Positions 9,819 through 20,695 are shown, counted from the first letter of the stretch. The stretch: DNA of 64,000 bases from Candidatus Cryptobacteroides merdigallinarum (GCA_017694655.1 JADIMQ010000003.1:1963-65962); one strand, 5' to 3'. Notes: a model not told the origin generated them from the letters alone. Translations and numbers: made by a program.

Positions 9819-10667
9819 ATGTGCATTCCGAACAAAATTACAACTGTAGTGTTTACAGCAGCAATCCTATTCCTGCATGAAGGCAGGGCCTCGGCAGACA
9901 CCCCGGAGAACTACCGGACCGGAATGGCGGCGTCAGTAGAGATGTCATCCGGACTTGTGTTCCGTGGATCCGGCATCGGGTCCCCGGACTACTCACTTGG
10001 AATGTCTGTAGGTTATAGGTTCTCACACCTGTTCATGGTCTCGGCCGGCATCTCCGGAATCAACTCCGTGAACACGGGGACCACATCCCTTCCGGTGTTC
10101 CTGAGGCTGCGCTCCGATTTCCTTGACACGAAGGTCTCACCGTTTGCCGAACTTGAAGTCGCGTATTCGTTCCAGTTCACGCCGTCAAGGAACCGAGAGC
10201 AAGCAATACGGACGAACAACACGGTGTTCGGCTACAGGCTCGAGGAACTCGGCTACAGCGATGTGGAAGCCTACCGGCAGGATTTCCTTGCAGGATATTC
10301 CGACCCTGAAAAGGCCGCTACAGCATGGAGAGCGGAGCTCAGCAGGCTCAAGTCGTTCAGGAACGGATCCAGGGACTACATTGCGGTTGACGGCAACAAT
10401 ATACACTACGGCAAGGACGGGCTTTCCGTCTCCGCGACCATAGGATGCTCCTGGAAAGTGTCGGAGCACAGGATGGACTTCGGTGTCACATTCGGGATGT
10501 CGCAGTATTTCGAGGGGACATGCATAAGGACATCCGCAAACGAATTCAGGCGTTTCGGGTTTGTGGACGCCCTCCCCGACGGGACGCGTGTCAGGGCAGC
10601 AGGCCGACCGGTATTCAAGGACAGGTTCTCCCCAGAAGCGAGATTCAGGCTCGGCTTCTGGTTCTGA
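9819..10667 (+). CDS. Putative outer-membrane beta-barrel protein with large inserted loop
   Basis: Signal peptide; VGYRFS, LPVFLRLRSDFL...VSPFAELEVAYSF; C-terminal RLGFWF. Confidence 0.6.
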   Translation: MCIPNKITTVVFTAAILFLHEGRASADTPENYRTGMAASVEMSSGLVFRGSGIGSPDYSLGMSVGYRFSHLFMVSAGISGINSVNTGTTSLPVFLRLRSDFLDTKVSPFAELEVAYSFQFTPSRNREQAIRTNNTVFGYRLEELGYSDVEAYRQDFLAGYSDPEKAATAWRAELSRLKSFRNGSRDYIAVDGNNIHYGKDGLSVSATIGCSWKVSEHRMDFGVTFGMSQYFEGTCIRTSANEFRRFGFVDALPDGTRVRAAGRPVFKDRFSPEARFRLGFWF

Positions 10668-11260
10668 ATATGAGCAAACAGCCATACAATTGAGCGCATT
10701 AACGCAATATCAATAACATCAAAAAAACATGGGATTTTTCATATATACCAGCATGGTAAAATACAGAATTCAGAAACAATTCAGCATTGGCAAAATGCTG
10801 AACTTACGGACTTTCTTTGATACTTTGACTGATGGTTGGCAAAGCCTCTATTTACAGGGAAATCCCCATTGTCAAATGGGAGAAGGTGGACAACAGGACA
10901 CGGTATTCTGTATTTTGGATTGAAGTAATTGGATTTTAATACAGAAAAAATCTCGTAGATGTGCTAATATTAATACAATCTTTTCAATTAATTGAACTGT
11001 TCTCTACAATCCTTGTTTTTATCTCAATTATCACCAGTACCCGGCGAAAAGCATAAAAGTTATTCAAAAATATTGAATAAAAACAATTATAGCGATTTTA
11101 CAATTCAACAGATTTGAATCTAACTTTGCCAGACTAACATACAAAACTGCAATATTGTCAATGAACTGGATGGTTCTACCGAACCTACTTTATTTTAATT
11201 GTCGTTAAACTTCATAATAACCAATCTGAAGTTTTACCGAATGCATATGTCAGAATATAT

Positions 11261-12514
11261 CTACAATCCAAGTTCAATTTGAAACCTGACATCGAATCTG
11301 TCATAATTCGACATTAGTGAACATACATCAGACATATAATTATAAGATATATCTAATTGCACTTTTAAATTATGGCCGATAATATATCGTGTTATGCCAA
11401 TAGTAGTTTGATTCCATTCTGAATAACCGACAATGTCTTTTAGGTTATTATCTGGAAACATCGTTGAATTCCGTACAGCGACTTCCCATTTGCCATTAAA
11501 CAGATGACTTAATTGTATGTTCAGACCTGATCCTGTATAAACATACTGTTTATTTGAAATAATTGCATCTTGTGGGGTGTAGCGGCCCAGATAATCAGCT
11601 GCAAATGCAAAGCCTCTGTATTTCATTACCATATCAGCATAATATGAACATATATCCCGAGTTTCCCCGCCGTCTATTATGTCTCCTTTCCAGCCTTGAA
11701 CACGCTGGGCCTTGTTATTGAAAGTGTATCCAACACCGATCATCAGTTTGGGTGCCTGTTCGTCCTCCAGATCGCCTTCTACATACTCCCCTTTGCCGTG
11801 AAGACGCCCGAATGGATATAATTCCAGTCTTCCGGTATAAGCCAATCCTCCTTTTGCTGAGGTATTCCAGTTCCTGCCTTCCCCTAAAGTTAGGGAAACT
11901 TTTGTTGCGATTGCAAAAGTATCATAGCCTCCATAGTAATACTCTCCGAAGAAACCAAAGTCTCTATCTCCTCCAAATTCGCTATTAACTATGCTTCTGT
12001 CAATAAATTGCAAAGCACTTGAGGAATTAATTCTGGCCCTATTAGATTTTACTTTTGTCTGACCGAATCCGATATTCCAGGAAGAGTTAGGCATATAATA
12101 AATTACTGCATCCCGTATTAAGTTCATATTCCCATTCGGTATAACTTCAGTATCATAACTTGAAAAACCTAATTGTATTGAATATATAAATTCAGGAGAA
12201 AATATATATCCATCAAAACGGAGTCTTAAACGCTTGACTTGTGCTTCGGTTTCAGCTAAATAAAATTTCTTTCCAAATGACATGCCTAGCAGATTCTGCA
12301 TTCTAAACCGAATCGTCATTTCATATGCGTCACTTTTAGGTCGAAATGTTATACCTTTCCCAATTTCTACATTCGGGAGATTTTTCAGTTTTTCAAGAAT
12401 CTCATTTTGGCCGCCATCTAGAGAATCAGAAATAAATAATTCTAAATTATTCTGTTGCGCTGACATAGTCAGTGGCAACACTAATATTATTAAAAGGACA
12501 ACATATCTAGTCAT
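11261..12514 (-). CDS. Phosphate-selective porin (OprO/OprP-like)
   Basis: Signal peptide; VKRLRLRFDG, FGQTKV, SSSALQFIDRSIVN...DRDFG; C-terminal RFQIELGL. Confidence 0.75.
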   Translation of the reverse strand: MTRYVVLLIILVLPLTMSAQQNNLELFISDSLDGGQNEILEKLKNLPNVEIGKGITFRPKSDAYEMTIRFRMQNLLGMSFGKKFYLAETEAQVKRLRLRFDGYIFSPEFIYSIQLGFSSYDTEVIPNGNMNLIRDAVIYYMPNSSWNIGFGQTKVKSNRARINSSSALQFIDRSIVNSEFGGDRDFGFFGEYYYGGYDTFAIATKVSLTLGEGRNWNTSAKGGLAYTGRLELYPFGRLHGKGEYVEGDLEDEQAPKLMIGVGYTFNNKAQRVQGWKGDIIDGGETRDICSYYADMVMKYRGFAFAADYLGRYTPQDAIISNKQYVYTGSGLNIQLSHLFNGKWEVAVRNSTMFPDNNLKDIVGYSEWNQTTIGITRYIIGHNLKVQLDISYNYMSDVCSLMSNYDRFDVRFQIELGL

Positions 12515-12552
12515 TACATATAAATTTATTGATGTTACTTTACATATTATTA

Positions 12553-12592
12553 AACAGATGGGAGCTACTCAAACGGGAAACTCCCATCTGTT
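12553..12592 (-). terminator. Hairpin/terminator downstream of the lectin-repeat gene
   Basis: Perfect 12-bp inverted repeat AACAGATGGGAG / CTCCCATCTGTT. Confidence 0.6.
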
Positions 12593-12599
12593 ACACTAT

Positions 12600-15269
12600 T
12601 TACTGCCCCAATATCCACTCATAGGTATTTTCATATCCTTTGTTTATTAACAGGATTTCAATCTCATTCCCTTCTGCCGCAGTATGTCCCGACAGGTGGA
12701 TTATCTTGGTAGGATCCGCAACTGAAATGATTTTGTATGAACCTGCTGCTGTCCCGGGAGTTATAATCCATTTATAATACGGAGAATAAGCCGGATTATA
12801 TTGGAGTTGTTCTAATCTCGTCCCATTCTGCGTACTTTGACCGATTGGATGGACATAAAGTTTTGAACTGACATTCTGAATATAATATGTATTGTCACTG
12901 TTTTTTGTAAACTGCCATTGATAAACCATTGCATATGCCGAAGTATAAGACAAAAGTTCCAAAGGTTTCCGTTCTTCCGCTGAATTATTTTTAATATGCC
13001 AATATTTCGTTTTGTCTTTAGCCGATGCCACGCGATGAGCACCGGTCGCAAATGGTGCTACAATAGAAACTTGTTCAAATTTCCATTTGTATGTATCTGA
13101 ATAAGAGGCGTCATACGGCCATAATTCAAGTTGCGTATTTGACAAAGTCGAATGGTTCGCAAGGTGGACATAATAGTTTGGATTTCCTGCGCATTGGATA
13201 TAAAATGCCCCATCTCCGGCTCTCGTTGGCTTTATGAACCACTTTTCTGAACCTAAGTTGTTCCTGTCAAGAGAGTAAAGTTCAAGCCTGGCGGAATTTG
13301 ATATTGCATGAGACTTGGTATGCCAATACAATTTATCTGTTGCAAATAATTGGATTGTGTAGGCTCCATCCAATATCGGATTCCCATCGGCATCTCGTTC
13401 ATAATCAACTACCCAATAATAGGAAGTATATTTAGGATTTGATTTATCTCCGATTAAAATGTCTGTCGTTGCATTCCATGCATTATCCCTAGTTGTAACA
13501 GCCTTATTGTTATCAGCCATAGAAACAATTCTGTATATGCCAGGTTTAAGATTATAAAGTTCTTTATTAGCGCCAGGCTTCCTGCTCTTAAACAATGCCC
13601 ATTGATTTGCTTTATTATCACCAGACCTTTGTAACGATAACTTACTCCCGATTCCTGTGCTGTTTGCCGTAACAAGCAAATCAGTGTTGAGTGCATGTTT
13701 AAACTGGTATCTTCTGCCATACTTATTTGGCTTTTCTAAAATAAATGAATAGTATTTATCGTAAGCGGCAGAATATTTTAATGCTTGAATTTCAGTGCCA
13801 GCAGACACTTGCCTCGATTTTGGATGAAGATCATAGGAAATATGGGATGCATTGTATATTTTATAGCTACCATCTTTACCTGGCAGGAACCACCAGTAGT
13901 CTAGTAATGATGGATATTGCCCTCTATTCACTCGTAATGCTGTTTCATCTCCTTGTATTGGAGTATCTGGCATTAAGCCTAAAAATGTATTGTCAGATAA
14001 GACAACTTCATGCGGAGAATCTATTGCAACTTGATTTTGGTTGAGCTCATATTGAGTCTTTAACAAATTAAGTTTCCATTTGTAGACTTTAGGTGAAGTT
14101 GATGCATACGTCAATATTTCTAGTCTGGTTCCACTTGATGTCGAGCGTGCTACCGGATGCAAGTATTTACTTCTATCCGCATTTGACCTGATATAGAAAT
14201 AACCATCTCCGGTATTTTGGAAAAACCATTCAAATGATGAAGCGTTTGACGGCTGATATTCCAATAATTCAACTCTGGTGCTCTGCGCTGTGGAATGCCC
14301 AGCCAGATGCAAATACAGATCTTCAAACGCAACTCGCACGGTATATACATTTGGTTTACCTTCAACAGGAGAAATTACCCACTTGAAGGTATGCCTGTTA
14401 TCAACAGGGTTATAGATCTCAACAGGGGTACTGCCTGTCACTTCGTTGTTGACAGTATGTATATAGCATTTCTCGTTTGCATTCAAGGATATTTTGTACA
14501 TCCCGTCTGGCAACATTTCCTGAGCGTGTATATCCCTTGCTTCGGCTTCATTTGCCGCGCCTTGATATACAGAAAAAGTATCAAGAATCAATGATTTTCC
14601 TGAACTGTTACCTATACCCCAATGTGTAGCGACAGAATAATCTTGTATCCCGAAATAATATGCGCTGCTTTCCGTCTGTCCATTGGGATAAAAGACCCAG
14701 ACAAATGTTCTGCTAGGCTCATAGGATATAACAATATGATACCATCCGATACGCTGGGTGAAATTTACCGGATCCCATAACCATATGCCCCAGTTTTTAA
14801 AATGATTATCAGTATTCCTTGTGTATCTGTCCAATACCATTCTGTCTGCTCTCCTATGGAATCCGGTCAAGATTACATTGTCTGTATCATTTTTTGCATA
14901 GAAAGACCGAACTTCAGGATCCGTGTCTTTCCATGGAGTTTTTCCATACTGTTTATAAAGATTTTCATCAATATAAGTCCAGAAAGAGACAGTATATCCG
15001 GTAGTCTTATAGTCAAAATCACTAAGAGGAGATGGAATTGAAATATACGCATTGTCAGAGAATTTCATTGCACCATCACTGTTACCATACTGATCTTGAA
15101 CCGGTGTTACTGTTCCATGTACAGTACCATCATATCTGCCGACAACTTCCGATGCCGACCTGTTATCAAGTCTATATAGTCGCTTAAGAATTAATGAATT
15201 CTGAGCATAGGACATAAGATTTAAGCCTATGAAAAGCGATAGAATTAATAAAAGATATCTATACTTCAT
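12600..15269 (-). CDS. Secreted LamG/ConA-like + four ricin-B-like beta-trefoil protein
   Basis: Signal peptide; N-terminal DQYGNSDGAMKF/YTVSFW/WYHIVISY (LamG-like); 12 repeats of about 45-55 aa, Y-x-I...Y-L-H...L-E-L..Y...W. Confidence 0.7.
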   Translation of the reverse strand: MKYRYLLLILSLFIGLNLMSYAQNSLILKRLYRLDNRSASEVVGRYDGTVHGTVTPVQDQYGNSDGAMKFSDNAYISIPSPLSDFDYKTTGYTVSFWTYIDENLYKQYGKTPWKDTDPEVRSFYAKNDTDNVILTGFHRRADRMVLDRYTRNTDNHFKNWGIWLWDPVNFTQRIGWYHIVISYEPSRTFVWVFYPNGQTESSAYYFGIQDYSVATHWGIGNSSGKSLILDTFSVYQGAANEAEARDIHAQEMLPDGMYKISLNANEKCYIHTVNNEVTGSTPVEIYNPVDNRHTFKWVISPVEGKPNVYTVRVAFEDLYLHLAGHSTAQSTRVELLEYQPSNASSFEWFFQNTGDGYFYIRSNADRSKYLHPVARSTSSGTRLEILTYASTSPKVYKWKLNLLKTQYELNQNQVAIDSPHEVVLSDNTFLGLMPDTPIQGDETALRVNRGQYPSLLDYWWFLPGKDGSYKIYNASHISYDLHPKSRQVSAGTEIQALKYSAAYDKYYSFILEKPNKYGRRYQFKHALNTDLLVTANSTGIGSKLSLQRSGDNKANQWALFKSRKPGANKELYNLKPGIYRIVSMADNNKAVTTRDNAWNATTDILIGDKSNPKYTSYYWVVDYERDADGNPILDGAYTIQLFATDKLYWHTKSHAISNSARLELYSLDRNNLGSEKWFIKPTRAGDGAFYIQCAGNPNYYVHLANHSTLSNTQLELWPYDASYSDTYKWKFEQVSIVAPFATGAHRVASAKDKTKYWHIKNNSAEERKPLELLSYTSAYAMVYQWQFTKNSDNTYYIQNVSSKLYVHPIGQSTQNGTRLEQLQYNPAYSPYYKWIITPGTAAGSYKIISVADPTKIIHLSGHTAAEGNEIEILLINKGYENTYEWILGQ

Positions 15270-15278
15270 GGTAATATT

Positions 15279-16283
15279 CTATTTTGTCCGCAATCCTTTT
15301 ACTGTTAAATAATCAAGCATTAATTCACTACGGTCTGTAATGACATAATTAGCTCCTTTTGCAAATAGCCAGTCCCAATCTCCTCGGCCATCGTCAAGAA
15401 AGTTGTTAGGATCTTGATCTTTAAAATTATAATCACGAGTTATTGGGTCAGTGTCTGTCAGAGGTATTTTTTCCGCAAATACACCATCCGATGTTTCAGG
15501 CCAAAATGAATATTGTCCTATCCATATATTATTGGTATTCAACAGCGACACATATTCAAGTATAGGATCCGCAGATTGCTTGTATACAAGTTCGAATGCA
15601 TGGATCTTTTTTGAATTAACAAAATCCTTAATGTATTGGTCAAGATTCTTTGTGTTTGAAAATGCAATCGGGGTGTAGATGAATTCGTCCAAAGTTGTTC
15701 CCGCCCGGCCTACAAGTGTCTGTACCTCATTGAATGGCATCTTTCCTTTGACAATGGATTGTCCAAGCATACCTTTAGTTTTGAGCATGCGGAGTATTTT
15801 CACAAAGACAGTATTAAATAGAGAGCCTGTTTCCTTTATATCTATAGAAACAACGGCCTTCCCCTTTAAGTAATCCAGAGCCTGCTCCAGTGTGAGCATC
15901 TTCTGTAAGGTTTGCTGTCCATCTGGCATTATGAGATACAGATTTTGAATTTCAGCCCATGTTGCATCCCTCAAGAGACCGTATCCGGTTGTTACCCTGT
16001 CCAAGCACGCGTCATGAAAAATTACCATCTGACCGTCTTTGGTAACTCTTACATCCATTTCAACGATGTCCACGCCAAGTGCAATAGCCATTTCATATGC
16101 GCCTTGTGAATTTTCAGGATAATCAGCCCAATATCCTCTATGCGCCGCTACAAGAACATAATTAGGATAGCTTTCCCTGTTTTTTATGATTTTTATGACC
16201 TCGTCAGGATTTACCTGAGCAAAGCCGCTCTGTGACATAAATATAAGACACAGCCAGCATATAGAATATATTATATGTTTCAT
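15279..16283 (-). CDS. Glycerophosphodiester phosphodiesterase (exported)
   Basis: AAHRGYW..PENS, VEMDVRVTKDG..IFHD..LDRVTTG, ITDR; signal peptide. Confidence 0.9.
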   Translation of the reverse strand: MKHIIYSICWLCLIFMSQSGFAQVNPDEVIKIIKNRESYPNYVLVAAHRGYWADYPENSQGAYEMAIALGVDIVEMDVRVTKDGQMVIFHDACLDRVTTGYGLLRDATWAEIQNLYLIMPDGQQTLQKMLTLEQALDYLKGKAVVSIDIKETGSLFNTVFVKILRMLKTKGMLGQSIVKGKMPFNEVQTLVGRAGTTLDEFIYTPIAFSNTKNLDQYIKDFVNSKKIHAFELVYKQSADPILEYVSLLNTNNIWIGQYSFWPETSDGVFAEKIPLTDTDPITRDYNFKDQDPNNFLDDGRGDWDWLFAKGANYVITDRSELMLDYLTVKGLRTK

Positions 16284-16401
16284 TATGACATATTTTTGGT
16301 TAATAGTAAATATTATATTATGCAGTCGATGCCATTCCGGTCTTATATCACATAAGTGAATGCCGAAACATGCCAGGTGGATTGTCTTCCATTTTAATTA
16401 T

Positions 16402-17751
16402 CTACTTCACTTTAGTTTTCCATACCGTGAGTGTGCAGATGACAGATAATACTGCGGCACCGATCCAGAACCATGAAACAACAGAAAAATCATAGGATGC
16501 GACACCCTCTGCGACACTTTTTCCGCTTTGAATTGTAAAGCCGCTGATAAGATCCTGGAGAGCGGCACCTATATAACTTGCAATACCTACAACGCCCAAA
16601 GCTGCTCCGGAGGCTTTTTTCGACACTATATCTACTGCCATAAGGCCACCAAGAAAACAAGTCAAGGCACCTATTGCCAGACCGAACAGCACCAGACTCA
16701 CAGCATCAAGCCAAAAACAGCCTTCAGGCCCGAAAATGAAAAGAGACAATCCCATAATATTCATCAGACCGAACACCAGTGCCGGGACATTCCGTTTTCC
16801 TCCGAAAAACTTGTCGGATACAAACCCGGATGTGACAGTACCTATTATACCGCATACGGAACTGATTGATATGACTGAGCTGGCTTCCAGGTTCGTATAC
16901 CCTTTATTTGCTTCAAGGAAAAAAATACCCCAGCTGTTGACGGCATAGCGTGAGATGTACATGAAAGCGCTTGCAAGTGCAAGCATCCAGACTGCAGGAT
17001 TCTTCAATACCTCCTTTTGATATTGACCTATCGATTTGCCCTCAGAGTCTTCAGCCTTTACAGATTCCGGGGTCTTGTCATTTTTATATATGGCAACAGG
17101 AGGCAGTCCGCAGCTTTGAGGAGTATCCCGCATAAAAAAGAACACGACAAGAAATCCTAAAAAGCCAAGGATTGCTGCGCCCCTGAATCCCCATTGCCAT
17201 CCAAGTGCGGACACTATTGCCGCAGTAACTATAAATGTAATCGCTTCTCCTATATTGTGGCTCGAAGACCACAGTCCGTAAAATGTACCACGTTCTTTAT
17301 CCCCAAACCATCTGGATAATCCCACGACACAAGGCGCGGCTCCCATAGACTGAGCCCAGCCGTTTATGGCCCAAAGGACTATGAATACTGCGAATGATGT
17401 GGAGAACCCCAGTATGAGATTGATAAGAGCTGTAACAAGCAGCCCGGCAGACATGAAACGGCGTATATTGCTCCTGTCGGCAAGAAAGCCATTGCTCATT
17501 TTCCCGACAGCGTAAGTTATGAATAGTCCTGAACCTATCATACCCAGCTCCGCTTCAGACAAGACTCCCGCATCCACAATAGGTTTCTTTATAACATTCA
17601 GACTTAAACGACATACATAATACAGCCCGTATCCAAATGTGGCAGAAAGGAAAAACGACCATCTCAGCCTGGTATAGCGACTCTTGATCTCACCCGGATC
17701 AGAGAGTGGCTCTGATGCCGGGGAGACAGAAAAGAATTTCAAAAGATTCAT
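16402..17751 (-). CDS. glpT: MFS organophosphate:Pi antiporter (GlpT/UhpC family)
   Basis: YYVCRLS, NGFLADRSN.RRFM, NGWAQSMG, ERGTFYGLWSSSHNIG; about 12 hydrophobic segments. Confidence 0.8.
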   Translation of the reverse strand: MNLLKFFSVSPASEPLSDPGEIKSRYTRLRWSFFLSATFGYGLYYVCRLSLNVIKKPIVDAGVLSEAELGMIGSGLFITYAVGKMSNGFLADRSNIRRFMSAGLLVTALINLILGFSTSFAVFIVLWAINGWAQSMGAAPCVVGLSRWFGDKERGTFYGLWSSSHNIGEAITFIVTAAIVSALGWQWGFRGAAILGFLGFLVVFFFMRDTPQSCGLPPVAIYKNDKTPESVKAEDSEGKSIGQYQKEVLKNPAVWMLALASAFMYISRYAVNSWGIFFLEANKGYTNLEASSVISISSVCGIIGTVTSGFVSDKFFGGKRNVPALVFGLMNIMGLSLFIFGPEGCFWLDAVSLVLFGLAIGALTCFLGGLMAVDIVSKKASGAALGVVGIASYIGAALQDLISGFTIQSGKSVAEGVASYDFSVVSWFWIGAAVLSVICTLTVWKTKVK

Positions 17752-17761
17752 TTTTATTTTA

Positions 17762-18688
17762 CTATTCGTGAAGATTCCTTGCCCTCAGGTAATTCAGAAG
17801 ATACTCAGACCTGTCTGTCTGAATAATCCTTGCGCCCAATGTGTCTATAAGGTATCCGAACGCAGCATCCGGATCTTCAAGGGCCAGATCATCGTCATGA
17901 CCTCCACACAAGGTATCCCATAAGGTATTATACCATATAAGAGCCTGTCCTTTCAGGGCAGTCCTCATCTGAAGCGGCAGACTGTCGGTTTTCCCGTCTG
18001 CATACACAAGCTCATATGCGGCAGGCTTCAGGTCATTCATATAGTCTGTCATCATTTCTGACGCATTATCCTTGTCAAGGTTTACCACGGGCATATAAAT
18101 GACTTTATCCAGATATTTGCCGTAAAACGAAATAACATCTGACGCCGGAAGGCTTCCCTTCATTATGACCTGCCTGACAGTCCCTGTTTTTTCCAGGACA
18201 GGCATGACCAGATCAAAATAGCGGTCTGCCTTGTCAAGATTGACAAGTACATGTCCTTTTGCCGACAACATGGCTTCTTCCAGTGTAGGAACCGTATGCT
18301 TTGTCCTGATGCCGCACCCGTTCTTCAGTTTGAGAGTCCGTATGGAATCCAGAGGCCATTCTTCTACTTTCCCTTTTCCGGTTGTTGTCCTGTCGAGCTT
18401 TGAATCATGCATGATAATAAGCACACTGTCCTTTGTCATCTGTAGATCCAGCTCCACGATGTCAACTCCGACTTCAATGGAATGTTTTATTGCTGCTATA
18501 GAATTTTCAGGAGCATAACGCCAGTCGCCCCGGTGTGCTACGACAAATACTGAAGAAGTATCTCCGGAGAGCAATCTTGACCTGAGAACCTCTGACCTGC
18601 TCAGCTGGTCAGAATGGTGCCCGGAGTCTTTGCATCCGACCACGGCCAGCAATACGAACAATATGATAAATATACTTTCCTTTTTCAT
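17762..18688 (-). CDS. Glycerophosphodiester phosphodiesterase lipoprotein
   Basis: Lipobox VVGC; VAHRGDWRYAPENS, VELDLQMTKD, HDSKLDRTTTG, IQTDR. Confidence 0.9.
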   Translation of the reverse strand: MKKESIFIILFVLLAVVGCKDSGHHSDQLSRSEVLRSRLLSGDTSSVFVVAHRGDWRYAPENSIAAIKHSIEVGVDIVELDLQMTKDSVLIIMHDSKLDRTTTGKGKVEEWPLDSIRTLKLKNGCGIRTKHTVPTLEEAMLSAKGHVLVNLDKADRYFDLVMPVLEKTGTVRQVIMKGSLPASDVISFYGKYLDKVIYMPVVNLDKDNASEMMTDYMNDLKPAAYELVYADGKTDSLPLQMRTALKGQALIWYNTLWDTLCGGHDDDLALEDPDAAFGYLIDTLGARIIQTDRSEYLLNYLRARNLHE

Positions 18689-18691
18689 ATT

Positions 18692-19741
18692 TTACTGCAA
18701 TTTACCATCTTTCCAGATGAGTTTTTCGCCCCAGAAAGGCATGTAGCTATTTGTACAATTCAGCAACGAAGCCCTTGTCAGGCCCTGCTGTAAAGTCCAG
18801 CGGGATGAGTCTGGATCCGAATGGGACAACTCCAATATATGTGAAAGCAGAACATAGTCAGGGTTGAATACAGCCCCGATGACATTATTTTCCGTCAATT
18901 CATTAGGTGCATAGCGAGGAATATATACATTGACTTCACTGTCCTTGACGCTGTCGAACTGTTCCGGAATAAAATTCGAGTCTCCGGAATGCATCAGGAT
19001 GAAATGCCCCGTATCCTCTCCGCAATCTATCTTGAACACAGTTACAGGTACATTCGTGTTACCATTGTTGTGATTCGTCAGAAATGAATGGATGGAAAAG
19101 TTCCCGATAGTAAAGTCTGCATCTTCTGTAGTGGTGTATTCATAGCCCGGCCTGTCGAGATAATTAGTCAGTACCGGTTTACCGGCTTCGAGCATCGCAT
19201 CTGCAAGGGCATCGCATCTATGGTCCTGATGCACATGTGTGGAAGCATAGAAATCAAGGTAAGGAGCAAGTTCAACACCCCTTCGATGATAAATGTCTAT
19301 TCCGAAACAACCTGAGGAAGTCTTGATGACATATCCCATATTATAAAGCATCCAGATGTGTACTTCTCCGGCAGGGACATCTTCAGCAATGCCGTTGATG
19401 ACTCGGTCGAATGCTGCATTATAACAGGCCAGAATATCATTGTATTTTATAAGGGAACCGGCGAGCCACTGCTCCCCTTCAAGAAATCGGGAAAATGTCA
19501 TACTTGAGCAGGTGTCTGCATATGACTGGATTGAGGAAAACAAATCGGCCCTTGCTTCAGTCACATCTAAAGGTGATGTCTGCCACAATGATTGCATTGT
19601 CACCGGCGCCTGGCTTTCCTGATGCTGAGGCACCGTCCAGTCGATTTTATCCTTATTGCAGGACAGCATGCATATGACAGATGCTGTCATACATAATATT
19701 TTCAGATACAGTTTCATCGGATAATTCTTTATGTTTTTCAT
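18692..19741 (-). CDS. MBL-fold metallo-hydrolase lipoprotein
   Basis: Lipobox MLSC; YNMGYVIKT, THVHQDH (HxHxDH), HSGDS, LSHILELSH. Confidence 0.8.
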   Translation of the reverse strand: MKNIKNYPMKLYLKILCMTASVICMLSCNKDKIDWTVPQHQESQAPVTMQSLWQTSPLDVTEARADLFSSIQSYADTCSSMTFSRFLEGEQWLAGSLIKYNDILACYNAAFDRVINGIAEDVPAGEVHIWMLYNMGYVIKTSSGCFGIDIYHRRGVELAPYLDFYASTHVHQDHRCDALADAMLEAGKPVLTNYLDRPGYEYTTTEDADFTIGNFSIHSFLTNHNNGNTNVPVTVFKIDCGEDTGHFILMHSGDSNFIPEQFDSVKDSEVNVYIPRYAPNELTENNVIGAVFNPDYVLLSHILELSHSDPDSSRWTLQQGLTRASLLNCTNSYMPFWGEKLIWKDGKLQ

Positions 19742-19801
19742 ATGATCACGCTGCGCTTCGCAGAGCCAAAATGTCTTTTTCTCTCTGTGCTTGCTAGCAG
19801 C

Positions 19802-20695
19802 TTATTTTAAATTCTCGTATTCATTATAAATCCGTTCAAGACTTTCGCCAATATCTGTTACTGGAACCTTGCTTCCATCCGAACGTTTCTTTACCTCATA
19901 CATAAGGACTCCATCATATTTCGCCGTATTTATAAGGTTGTATAGGAATTCCGGCCAATTGATTTTCCCATCATACGGCAACCAGTGGCATTCATTTACC
20001 ATATCGTAGTCAGATATGTGTACAGTTTTTATCTTCTGACCGGCAATTCTTATAAAATCATCCGTTTCGCCCTTTACATAATGATTCGTATCAAAACATA
20101 TATAAACACCGGGGACGGAATCAGTTATCCTTACAAGTTCTTCAGGCGTGTTTCCCAGACAGGTTCGCGGAAGATTCTCGATGCACAACATTATCCCGGT
20201 TTCATCGGACACTTTCTTCAGTTCCCTGATTGAGGATATTGCACACTGTATCCGAGATTCTCTTTCATCGCTTTCTATTGGTTCCGAACTTGGGTGGAGG
20301 ACAAAACGTTCCGGTTTATAAAGTATTGCGCTCGAACGCATGATATCAGCTATGAACGAAACATTTTTCTGGCGCAAAGAATCATTCAGCACGGATATAT
20401 CAAGAGTACGGGAGAACGGCAAATGGACAGACCATACACTGACATCGGTGCTGTCAATGATCCCTGCATTTTTTTTCATATTTGCCATGACCTTTTCGGC
20501 AGGGACTCCTCGATAACTTTGGTTTATTGCCACCTCTATGTAGTCAACATCCGCAGCTGAAGCCTCCTTTAAGTCATTGACCGTATATGCTTTTCCCCAC
20601 AACGCGGTGGAAGTGCCTGCCTCAAGCCGTTGCGCCGAGGCAGGACTCACTGAATATAACAGTATTGCCAATGCAGCAAAAAGTATTCGCATCAT
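19802..20695 (-). CDS. Exported sugar-phosphate isomerase/epimerase (xylose-isomerase-like TIM barrel)
   Basis: WSVHLPF, LHPSSEP, IENLPRTCLG, CFDTNH, HISDYD..ECHWLP, MYEV; signal peptide. Confidence 0.8.
   Translation of the reverse strand: MMRILFAALAILLYSVSPASAQRLEAGTSTALWGKAYTVNDLKEASAADVDYIEVAINQSYRGVPAEKVMANMKKNAGIIDSTDVSVWSVHLPFSRTLDISVLNDSLRQKNVSFIADIMRSSAILYKPERFVLHPSSEPIESDERESRIQCAISSIRELKKVSDETGIMLCIENLPRTCLGNTPEELVRITDSVPGVYICFDTNHYVKGETDDFIRIAGQKIKTVHISDYDMVNECHWLPYDGKINWPEFLYNLINTAKYDGVLMYEVKKRSDGSKVPVTDIGESLERIYNEYENLK

Noticed and set aside
10729-10923. Short ORF at the left edge of the AT-rich island (also 29538..29738 and 29602..29832 at the right edge)
   Set aside because: No recognisable motif, IS ends or target duplication; may be remnants but cannot be supported.
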